Source of the DNA: Octopus sinensis
Lineage: Eukaryota
Reading direction: 5' to 3'
Length of the DNA stretch: 20,561 nucleotides
NCBI RefSeq assembly: GCF_006345805.1
Contig: NW_021823956.1
Span: forward strand, 1-20,561
The notes under the pieces are model-generated. The model did no database searches. It saw nothing but the letters and a program-made list of their open reading frames with translations, and was not told where the DNA came from. The position numbers and the translations under genes are program-made. Within the stretch, counting starts at the first letter, position 1. The number at the start of each line of letters is the position of its first letter. This document shows, in pieces, positions 11,784-20,561 of the stretch.

Positions 11784-12063
11784 AGGTTCTTGGCCTAGTG
11801 ATTAGAGCAGGGAACTCACGGTCGAGGGATCGTGGTTTCGAATCCAGACCGGGCGATGTGTGTGTTTATGAGCGAAACACCTAAGCTCCTCGCGGCTCCG
11901 GCAGAAGGTAATGGCGAACGTCTGCTGACTGTTCCGCTACAACTTTCTCTCCCTCTCTCCTCCTGCATCTAGCTGCGCACCTGCGACGGACCGGCGTCCC
12001 GTCCAAACCGGCTGTTATGAGCCAGATGTGGCTCGAGAAGGAAGAACAAATAACAAAAACTAC

Positions 12064-12065
<2 letters not shown>
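11784..12065 (+). mobile_element. SINE family R, tail variant 3 with V-domain-like segment
   Basis: Head TGGCCTAGTGATTAGAGCAGGGAACTCACGGTCGAGGGATCGTGGTTTCGAATCC homologous to 8888; CTGCGACGGACCGGCGTCCCGTCCA near 11981-12005 resembles the V-SINE core (CCTGCGATGGACTGGCGACCTGTCCAGGG, from memory); ends in an AAC-rich tail. Confidence 0.8.
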
Positions 12066-12122
<57 letters not shown>

Positions 12123-12324
12123 AAAGCATAACATATTATATATGAATGTATATTGTTGTAATTGTCACTTAAGTAAATAAATAAATTGACATAATATAAT
12201 GTCTAAAACTTGATGAATACCACCAATTGATCCCCTTCATTTTCTTATTGCTCTATCTCTCTTTCTCTCTGTATATATATATATATATATAGTATATATA
12301 TATATATAATATATCTATATATAT

Positions 12325-12510
12325 ATGATAGATTACTAGCCACTACACATCCTTTATTTTCTCTCAATGTCTCTTTCTGTGTTCCTTTCTGTTGAAGAGC
12401 GTAGGCTCGAAACGTTAAATACTTTTTCACTTCCCGAGCGTTATACTAATACATCTGTTAATGGTCTACCGCACCTGTCTTCGTCTTTTGCTTTTTTATG
12501 AATTCTCCCT
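12325..12510 (+). mobile_element. short Penelope-like terminal-repeat fragment with hammerhead-like motif, copy 1
   Basis: CTGTTGAA-GAGC-GTAG-GCTC-GAAA-CGTT at 12389-12416 followed by TTCCCGAGCGTTA; homologous to 15240-15375 and 19820-19985 (minus). Confidence 0.55.
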
Positions 12511-12561
12511 ATATATATTTATATATATATAAAATATTTTTTCATTCAAATTTACACGTAC

Positions 12562-12672
12562 ATAAACAAGCTCGATAGAAAGGGGATATAACCGACATAT
12601 GTCACAGATCTTCATTGCGACAGATGCCATTCCACAGAACTCGATTGACAAAGCCGAAAGATATTTTTCCAG
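12562..12672 (-). other. candidate internal exon (unverified), LEKYLSALSIEFCGMASVAMKICDICRLYPLSIELVY
   Basis: Pyrimidine-rich acceptor TTCTATTCCTGTTTTCATCAG, 111 nt open in phase 0, donor GTACGT; non-repetitive sequence. No homology recognised. Another frame gives AGKISFGFVNRVLWNGICRNEDL-stop. Confidence 0.2.
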
Positions 12673-12940
12673 CTGATGAAAACAGGAATAGAACGTGATC
12701 AAGAGAGAGAGAGAGAGAGAGAGAGAGGGGGAGAAAGAGAGAAGGGAAAAGAGAAATAGCGAGGGAGGCGAACGGAGAAGAAAGAAAAAGAAGAATGGAA
12801 TGACAAAAAACAAGGAAATGAAAGACTGGATAACAGAAATCAAAGATTTTAATTGTGCGGTTTCCTAAACAAAGGATTTCGAATTGTCTGATGTTTAACA
12901 TCTGTCAACATTCGTTCACTATCTCCCATCTTGCATTCTA

Positions 12941-12976
12941 TGTATGTATATGTATTATATATATGTATATATATAC

Positions 12977-13007
<31 letters not shown>

Positions 13008-13086
13008 ATATATACATACTATATATAATACCTATATATATATATACATATATATAATATATATATATCTATATATATATATATTA

Positions 13087-13117
<31 letters not shown>

Positions 13118-13135
13118 CACATATATATATGTATA
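12941..13135. repeat. (TA)n/(TATG)n microsatellite
   Basis: Direct reading. Confidence 0.95.
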
Positions 13136-13715
13136 GAAAATTAAATATAATTACACAATGGGAAAGAACGCAAAAACACACAAAGAGACGACACAAAAAA
13201 CACCCTTATATATATATATGAATACATATATGTATATATGTACATACTATTATACAAGGGTGGGGTATACATCACACCTGTATGTGTAAATATATGTGTA
13301 TGCGTACCTATATATGCAAACAGAAGTTTTTCTCTCTCTCCCTTTCTAAGTGTGTATGTGTTCATATATATATATATATAATTATATATTTATATTTATA
13401 ATATCTTTATTGCTGCATATATTATATAGATATATTATGTTTGTATAATACTAATGTATGTGTGTGTGCGTATGGTTGTATGCATGTTTATGATCATTGA
13501 TGTAAATGACCCATGTTAGACATAAGATTTTTCAAACACAAAATCACAACAAAGTGTTGTAAACGAAATACCATATAGGTGTTTCTGTACCTATTTTGTT
13601 GTGTATATATATATACATATTTTGTACATATTTTGTATATATATATAATAAATAATATACTATATATTATATATATATATATAATATATATTATTATATA
13701 TATATATATATTATA

Positions 13716-13875
13716 AAGCGCAGGAGTGGCTGTGTGGTAAGTAGCTTGCTAACCACATGGTTCCGGGTTTCAATCCACTGCGTGGCATCTTGGGCAAGTG
13801 CCTTCTGCTATAGCCCCGGCCCGACCAATGCCTTGTGAGTGGATTTGGTAGACGGAAACTGAAAGAAGCCTGTCG

Positions 13876-13908
<33 letters not shown>

Positions 13909-14121
13909 GCGTGTGTGTGTTTGTGTGTCTGTGTTTGTTCCCCTAGCATTGCTTGACAACCGATGCTGGTGTGTTTATGTCCCCGTCACTTAGCGGTTCG
14001 GCAAAAGAGACCGATAGAATAAGTACTGGGCTTACAAAGAATAAGTCCCGGGGTCGAGTTGCTCGATTAAAGGTGGTGCTCCAGCATGGCCGCAGTCAAA
14101 TGACTGAAACAAGTAAAAGAG
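13716..14121 (+). mobile_element. SINE family K, full-length
   Basis: tRNA-like head AAGCGCAGGAGTGGCTGTGTGGTAAGTAGC...GGGTTTCAATCC (A/B-box-like), internal (TA)/(TG) tract, 3' domain to CAAGTAAAAGAG; inverted partner at 9666-10071. Confidence 0.94.
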
Positions 14122-14161
14122 TGTGTGTGTGTGTATATTTTAATAATAATAATTGTATTTT

Positions 14162-14324
14162 TATATAAGCTTAAAGTTTATGACGATCACCGTGCAATGA
14201 CTAAGTAACATAGTCTAATATAGGGGCTTATAAGCCTGCGACAGGAAAAAGAAGGCTTGCTCTTTTATTAGACCATTTTCCTTAGTCATTGCACAGTGAT
14301 CGTCATAAGCATTAAGCTTATATA
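14162..14324. mobile_element. foldback/MITE-like element 2 (about 59-bp inverted arms)
   Basis: TATATAAGCTTAAAGTTTATGACGATCACCGTGCAATGACTAAG..GTCTAATA (14162-14220) inverted at 14266-14324 (TATTAGACC..CTTAGTCATTGCACAGTGATCGTCATAAGCATTAAGCTTATATA). Confidence 0.8.
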
Positions 14325-14460
14325 ATAAATACCATTATTATATTATTATTTACAGGATTGTAAAAACGGCGCCGTAAAAAAACCATTCGCACCGAAAGCG
14401 TATATATGTATATATATATATGTAATGTATTATGTATATATATATATATCATATATATAT

Positions 14461-14504
<44 letters not shown>

Positions 14505-14508
<4 letters not shown>

Positions 14509-14849
14509 GTGAATTGAAGAAATGGAGTGAACGAAGAAGAACAGAAATCGTTTTATTGCATTCTACCCGTGTTTCGAAAGCACAATTTACCAAATTCCGA
14601 TGAATAAGGAGACCATATTGTGTCTTTCTCTTCAGGAAGAATGGGAATCCGTTGGAAAAAAAAAACAGAACAGAGGCGGAGAAAACAAATCGAACGAGGC
14701 TCTAAGAGCCCATTTCTTCCTGAAGAGAAGACACAATATGGTCTCCTTATTCAATCGAATTTGGTAAATTGGTGGCTTTCTAAACGTGTAGAATGCAAAA
14801 AAACGATTTCTGTCAACCTTCGTTCAACTCCATTTCTTCATTCACTAAT
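14505..14849. mobile_element. foldback/MITE-like element 3 (about 140-bp inverted arms)
   Basis: 14505-14645 and 14709-14849 are reverse complements (for example GAATAAGGAGACCATATTGTGTCT / AGACACAATATGGTCTCCTTATTC); roughly 85% identity by eye; 63-bp A-rich spacer. Confidence 0.85.
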
Positions 14850-15020
14850 AATATTAAATTCAATTTATCCGCACCAACGCATGGTTTGCAACACCATATG
14901 GTTACCTCCAACCGTGCTGTCTTCTCTGTGATTTTTGCTACCAAGGTACCGGTTAAACTTTTGATTAATCATCTTTCTATTTCACCAATTATATATATAT
15001 ATATATATATTATATTATAA

Positions 15021-15067
<47 letters not shown>

Positions 15068-15239
15068 AATATATATATATATGTAGTATGTATGTATGTA
15101 TGTATGTATGCATGTATATATGTATATATGTATGTATGTATATATGTATGTAATGTATGTCTACATATATATATAATAGGCACACACTCACGCACACACA
15201 CTCGTATGCGTGTGTGCCGTTAATCCAGACACGTTTTCT

Positions 15240-15375
15240 CAACTAATTCCTTTCTGTAGATGAGCATATGTTCAAAACGTCGAAATCCTTCCATTTTCCC
15301 TGAGCGTCAAAGTAATACACCTTGTTCTTTCTTCCCTTACCTGTCTTTGCTTTTGTTTTTTTCTTTGCTAGTTTT
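15240..15375 (+). mobile_element. Penelope-like fragment with hammerhead-like motif, copy 2 (degenerate)
   Basis: CTGTAGAT-GAGC-ATAT-GTTC-AAAA-CGTC at 15254-15281 followed by TTCCCTGAGCGTCA and ACCTGTCTT, as in copy 1. Confidence 0.45.
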
Positions 15376-15429
15376 CGATGGATGGATCTCTCTCTCTCTC
15401 CAACATCCCTCTCTCTCTCGCTCTCTCTC

Positions 15430-15611
15430 AATCTATCTATCTACCTATCCTTCTATCTACCTTTCTATTTATCTATCTGTCTGTCTGCCTATCTGTCTAT
15501 CTATCTATCTTTTATTATCTATCTATCTATCTATCTGTTTGTCTCTTTGTCTACCTACTGTCTGTCTATCTTCTGTCTCCCTGCCTGACTATCCATCTGT
15601 CTGACTGTCTG

Positions 15612-15660
<49 letters not shown>

Positions 15661-15718
15661 TCTTCTATCTATCTATCTATCTGACTATCTGTCTGCCGTT
15701 CTATCTGTCTGTCCAGCT

Positions 15719-15758
<40 letters not shown>

Positions 15759-15816
15759 CCTATCTATCTATCTATCTTCTGTCTATCTATCTATCTATCT
15801 ATCTGTCTGTCTATCT
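15430..15816 (+). repeat. (TATC)n/(TGTC)n microsatellite
   Basis: Direct reading. Confidence 0.96.
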
Positions 15817-16390
15817 AATCATCCTTGTGGCTATGGCGAAAGAATGTAATCTGGTAGACCGTCTGAAAGATTGAGACAAACACTTTCCTCTCTGGTCAAT
15901 CTCTCATCAACTTCTTCAAGTACCACTTGAAAAGGAAGTGAGAGTAGAGAGGCAAGTTTTTGTCTAGCGAATGTTTTAAAAAAAAGATGGGTGAAGTAGT
16001 CAAGAATGGCACGTATGAATGACGAAGCCACCTTGAGCATAGTCCTATGACCCAGAAATCGAAAACGAGAGTTGCTTTTTTGTGTCAAAAAAAAAAAAAA
16101 AAAAGAAATATAAATGTGACTTCATTGACCGAGGTTACCGTGGTCTTTCCGCAGGCTTTTCTTTCCACGGGTAAACCTCACCTGTCCTCCCCTTATTACA
16201 CTTCATATTGACATTTCTGTGATAACGATCCCATTGATCATTTTTTGTTTTTCCTCTCCCCCCCTTTTTTTTTTTTTTTTTTTTTTAAACCCCCTTATTT
16301 TGTCCTCTTTCTCTCCTTTTACGATCCCTTTTGATCGAACCTCCCCCTTCCTTTTTTTTTTAATACCTCAAAAGAAGCTCTACCTTGTAA

Positions 16391-16434
16391 TTTGTTCTAT
16401 CTGTGTGTCAGCCCTGTGGGCTATAAAGAAACAT
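16391..16434 (+). mobile_element. isolated 3' tail fragment of family M SINE
   Basis: TTGTTCTATCTGTGTGTCAGCCCTGTGGGCTATAAAGAAACATAT resembles the tail TGTCCTCTCTGTGTTTAGCCCCTTGTGGGTAGTAAAGAAATAGGT seen (reversed) at 2790-2835. Confidence 0.5.
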
Positions 16435-16455
16435 ATCTATCTATCGATCTGTCTG

Positions 16456-16508
<53 letters not shown>

Positions 16509-16645
16509 ATGTCTATCTATCTGTCTACCTATCTATCTAACTATCTATCCCTCTGCTGTCTGTCGGCTGTCTGTCTATCTATCTATCCATCCATCTATCT
16601 GTCTGTCAGTCAATCTATCTTCTGTCTGTCTGTCTATCTATCTGC
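16435..16645 (+). repeat. (TATC)n/(TGTC)n microsatellite
   Basis: Direct reading. Confidence 0.95.
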
Positions 16646-17429
16646 TGGTTATGAATGCAAACCCCGGTGCGTGTCTAACTTTACAAATGTCTGTGAGTGT
16701 GTTTCTATGTATGTATATTTATATGCACATGCACATGTGCATTTATATATGCATGCATTAATGTGCGTGTGTATGTATGCACGTAATACTTTATTATAGA
16801 TTGTGGTGTGTGCGCGCACGCGACTGCGAGTTTATGTCTTGGGTGAGCTCGGGCGCGGCGTATTTAGACTACGATGATCTGTGTGTAATCCGAAGATCCT
16901 CTCATTTACTTAATCGAGTTAAATCTCTACCCCACGGTAGATATGTCACATTTTTTCATATTTTCTGCGGTGGTCATATCTTTGCGTTGATAATCAATCT
17001 TGCATCAACGCATTATTTTTTCCCTTTCTTTCCGTCCTACATTATGTCGCAAATCGGCGAATATATCACAGTTCAGATAAATACTTTTGTGTAGAATGAT
17101 CTACACTGATTATATAAGGGCGTGTGGTGTGTGGTTTGTGTGTATGGCAACGGGGAGCCGTGGGGAGCATTTTGGCTGGAAGCATCCATGGAGATTGTGT
17201 TGTGGAAATGATTGCATCAGCAATGGTGATTGTAGCATTTGGCAAGAATAGCTTAGGAAGGAATTAACAGACTTTTTAATTTCCACGTAGAATTGGTTAA
17301 GTGACTGTTGGATAGATCGATCTTTTGGTGTATATATGACTGATGAACAGAGGGAGGCTGGAATGCCTTCCTTATGAGACAGTTATAATGTTGATTTGGG
17401 ACAATATACATGCGTTTCCAAAGATATTG

Positions 17430-18244
17430 ATTTCAAATTTTGGCACCAGGTCAGAAATTTCAGCAAAAGGGTTAATTCGATTACCTTGATAACATATTTT
17501 AGCTGGTATTTTTTATTGATCACGAATGAGGTAAGGTAAAGCTAACCTCAGCAGAATTTGAACTTAAACCCTAAAGACGCACGAAATTTACTTAGCGTTT
17601 TCTCCGACAGCGAAAGATACATATGTCTTTATGGACCACAAGGGGCTTAACTAGAGGCGACAAACAAGGACAGACAAAGAGTTTAAGAAGTCGATTACAT
17701 CGACCCAAGTGCGTAACTAATATGTCATTAATGGATCCCGAAAGGATGAAAGGCAAAAGTCGACTTCGGCGGAATTAAAACTCAGAACGTAGCGGCAGAC
17801 GAATACCTATTTCTTTACTACCCAAAGGGGCTAAACACAGAGAAGATAAAGAAGGACAGAACAACGATTAAGTCGATTATATCGACCACAGTGCGTAACT
17901 GGTACTTATTTAATCGACTCGATAGGATGAAAGGTAAAGTTGACCTCGTCGGAATTTGACTCAGAACGTAGCGGCAGACGAAATACTGCTAAACATTTCA
18001 CCACGGCGTGCTAATGATTCTGCCATGAATATAACACCGGTTTCAAATTTTCGCATAAGGCAAAGCAATTTCGTGAGAGAGGGGTTAAGTTGGTTATATC
18101 AACCCCAGTGTTTACTGGTACTTATTTTATCGACCCCGAAAGGACAAAAGGTAAGTTGACCTCGTAGATTTTAAACTCAGAACGTAAAGACGGACGAAAT
18201 CCCGCTAAGTATTTTCTCCGGCATGCGAACGATTCTGCCAGCCC
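17430..18244 (-). mobile_element. second cluster of family M SINEs: units about 17430-17610, 17617-17807, 17808-18024, 18035-18244
   Basis: Same core and head as the 2-3.4 kb cluster; junction GAATACCTATTTC at 17801-17813. Confidence 0.88.
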
Positions 18245-18291
18245 ATTGCTTTCTCAATGAGAATAATATTAGGATTTTGTGAAGGACACAA

Positions 18292-18497
18292 TCTGGTGGA
18301 ATCCTTAGCACTCCGGACAAAATGCGTAGCAGTATTTCGTCCGATTTTACGTACTGAGTTCAAATTCCGCCGAGATCGACTTTGCCTTACGTCATTTCGG
18401 GATCGATAAAATAAATAGGAATAGAACACTGGAAACGGTGAAATCGACTTATCTCTCCCCACCCCGGAAACTGCTGGCTTTGTGCCAACATTTTATT
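18292..18497 (+). mobile_element. family M SINE, forward copy
   Basis: CTGGTGGAATCCTTAGCACTCCGGACAAAATGCGTAGCAGTATTTCGTCC..GAGTTCAAATTCCGCCGAGATCGACTTTGCC..GGGATCGATAAAATAA. Confidence 0.85.
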
Positions 18498-18635
18498 CAT
18501 ATCGATTAGATTTAGATCAGACCGATATAACCTACATCTCACAACAACTACGTGTGAGGGTAATTTTTATTTTGTTTCTTCTTTTCTCCACTCACTCGTA
18601 TATGCGTGCATGTATATAACATATATATATATATA

Positions 18636-19094
18636 GTAAAGCTAATAAAAGGGTTTCAGCAGGCTGCTTCGCCTCATACCGAAGGGATTAGAAATGGCAG
18701 TCAAAGACTGTTTTTTCCATTTCTGTAAGTGGAGATTCCCAAAACGAAGGACCGTGTGGCTCACATACACAAAATCGGAGTAGCAAATAGACGCAAACAA
18801 TCACTTACCGTTAATAGCGAACATGTTTCTGGATCACAACCAGAAAATAGTTGATTTCCTTCTTCGGCACTATATTCGATAGATTTACCAAATGCCACAG
18901 GCCCTCACTTCTGACCCAGCGACATCAGACAGCGTCTATTTGCTACTCCGATTTTGTGTATGGGAGCCACGCGGTCCTTCGTTTTTGGAATCTCCACTTA
19001 CAGAAAATGGAAAAAACAGTCTTTGACTGCCATTTCTAATTCCTTCGGTATGACGCGAAGCAGCCTGCTGCTAACCCTTTTTAATTAGCTTTAC
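18636..19094. mobile_element. foldback/MITE-like element 4 (about 160-bp inverted arms, 137-bp spacer)
   Basis: 18636-18794 (GTAAAGCTAAT...GCAAATAGACGC) and 18932-19094 (GCGTCTATTTGC...ATTAGCTTTAC) are reverse complements, roughly 90-95% identical by eye; TA-rich flanks. Confidence 0.92.
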
Positions 19095-19234
19095 ATATAC
19101 TGAACTTACAAAGTTCCTGACGATTTGTCATATTTGCATACCGAAATTTACCGGTAAATAATTGTTGGTTACATGAAAAACCACAGAAAAATTATTTACC
19201 ATTTTTATTGCATTTATTTTATATTATTGTATTT

Positions 19235-19237
19235 TAT

Positions 19238-19271
<34 letters not shown>

Positions 19272-19400
19272 ATAATATATATATATATATTAAATACATA
19301 ATACATATATATATATTATATATATATATATATATATAATATATATATATATTATCTATATATATATAAATATATATAATATGTATGTATGTATGTATGT
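19235..19400. repeat. (TA)n/(TATG)n microsatellite
   Basis: Direct reading. Confidence 0.95.
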
Positions 19401-19624
19401 ACTATACAAATAAGAAAATGGAGGAACAAATTCATTTCGATCATCAAAACTTACATATATTACAATTCTTTGCATTATTGTATTGTATCATTTATTTGCA
19501 TATTGATGTATATTGTTTTGTTCGATTTCATGTCCTATTTATATAATTATAAATAATGCGAAATTGTAATATCTGTAAGTTGATGATCGAAATGAATTTG
19601 TTCCTCCATTTTGTATTTGTAGTA
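19400..19624. mobile_element. foldback/MITE-like element 5 (about 75-bp inverted arms)
   Basis: AAAATGGAGGAACAAATTCATTTCGATCATCAA (left arm 19400-19479) versus TTGATGATCGAAATGAATTTGTTCCTCCATTTT (right arm 19552-19624). Confidence 0.85.
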
Positions 19625-19819
19625 TGAATTTACGGTAAAAATATTTTGCCTTCACCCATCCAATACAATAAATGAATTAATTGCATTGCAATTATAAGCA
19701 TTTATGTATTTATTATTTGGGTTCTTCACCAGCAGTATATTGGATAACTGATATACCATAGTGGGTTACCCCCTCATAATCCCTATCTTAATTTGTGCTA
19801 TATATATATAGTTAATCCA

Positions 19820-19985
19820 AACAAGAAACCAGAAAAAAGAGAAAAAACACAGCGACGCAGGACTTGAACAATTAAGTATTATTGACGCTCAGGAAAGAAG
19901 GGAGGAGGTTTAACGTTTCGAGCGGAGCTCTTCGTCGGAAACAAGGAGAAGGAAGATCCCAAGAAGGGAAGACAGAGGAAAAAAT
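19820..19985 (-). mobile_element. Penelope-like fragment with hammerhead-like motif, copy 3
   Basis: Minus strand GTTT-CCGACGAA-GAGC-TCC-GCTC-GAAA-CGTT-AAAC (19942-19908) followed by TTCCTGAGCGTCAATAATAC. Confidence 0.55.
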
Positions 19986-20100
19986 ATTTGAGCTGGGGTG
20001 GTCTCAAGAGATCACATGATATCACTACCTATATATATATAGTAGATCTCAAGAGATCACTACCTATATATATATAGGTAGTGGGTAGCGATTTTCTTCA

Positions 20101-20498
20101 CTACTTCAGGGAGTGATGACCCTGCTCAGCTGCTCCCGGGTTCAGCTGGCTCCGGGTGACAGTACCCCGTATGGCCCCTATCCAGGGTACGGAAAGGAGA
20201 CAACCTTCAAACAAATCCGGAGTGGAGCCCCGTAGGCAGTTAGTGTTCGACTCGACACTCTTTCGGCAGCTCCTGCAACCAGCTGTGCCAACGTAATGCT
20301 CTGCACACCTTTGGACTACGTCAGCAAGGTCGAGAGAGGAATCCTGACGATTGGGCAACCCAGGATTTTTCTTACATATAGCCCAGGCTTGCGCAAGACT
20401 GGAGAAGAAAATGGAGAGGACATGAAATATAAAAAAAATCAGGCTGGATTAGTTTACGCGCAACTCCATTGTCTCCCGAGACAAAAGGATGCCAACAA
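20101..20498 (+). mobile_element. probable non-autonomous RTE-derived retroposon
   Basis: Locally GC-rich, no long ORF; ends CTCCAT-TGTCTC-CC-GAGACA-AAAGGATGCCAACAA (hairpin 20470-20483), an RTE-type 3' terminus; the interior (GGAGTGGAGCCCC..GCAGCTCCTGCA..CCTTTGGAC..GGGCAACCCAGGA..GCCCAGGCTTGCGC) resembles RTE UTR-derived sequence from memory. 5' boundary uncertain. Confidence 0.6.
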
Positions 20499-20561
20499 TA
20501 TATATGAATATATGTGTGTGTGAGTGTGTGTGTGTGTGTTTGTGTGAGTGTGTGTGTGGGT

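Noticed and set aside
15831-15926. Minus-strand exon [30 protein letters not shown]
   Set aside because: Good acceptor but no convincing donor; the acceptor lies in a small palindrome (TTCAAGT-ACC-ACTTGAA) giving similar sites on both strands; no homology recognised.
17130-17420. Possible degenerate LINE RT fragment (YGNGEPW, AGMPSL)
   Set aside because: Motifs fall in different frames with many stops and cannot be distinguished from chance without a profile search.

Overview
AT-rich, eukaryotic, essentially non-coding DNA (intron or intergenic). The mix of tRNA-derived SINE families, compound (GAT/AAT/CAT)n, (TA)n and (GATA)n microsatellites and RTE remnants looks like an octopus (coleoid cephalopod) genome; this is inferred from remembered repeat families, not from a search. 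No intact protein-coding gene is recognisable, and nearly all supplied ORFs are translations of microsatellites or SINEs. Supported content: about 16 copies of one tRNA-headed SINE, mostly in two clusters (1.85-3.45 kb, 17.4-18.5 kb), several copies of three other SINE types, a frameshifted RTE-clade LINE 3' fragment (3701-4302), a likely non-autonomous RTE derivative (20101-20498), five unrelated foldback/MITE-like elements, and three copies of a short repeat carrying a minimal hammerhead-ribozyme-like motif of the Penelope-like type. The most interesting signals are the hammerhead-like motif, a fixed recurrent head-to-tail junction in SINE multimers, SINEs sharing head and body but with swapped 3' tails, and a high density of inverted repeats that could form dsRNA. 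Boundaries and identities were read by eye and are approximate.
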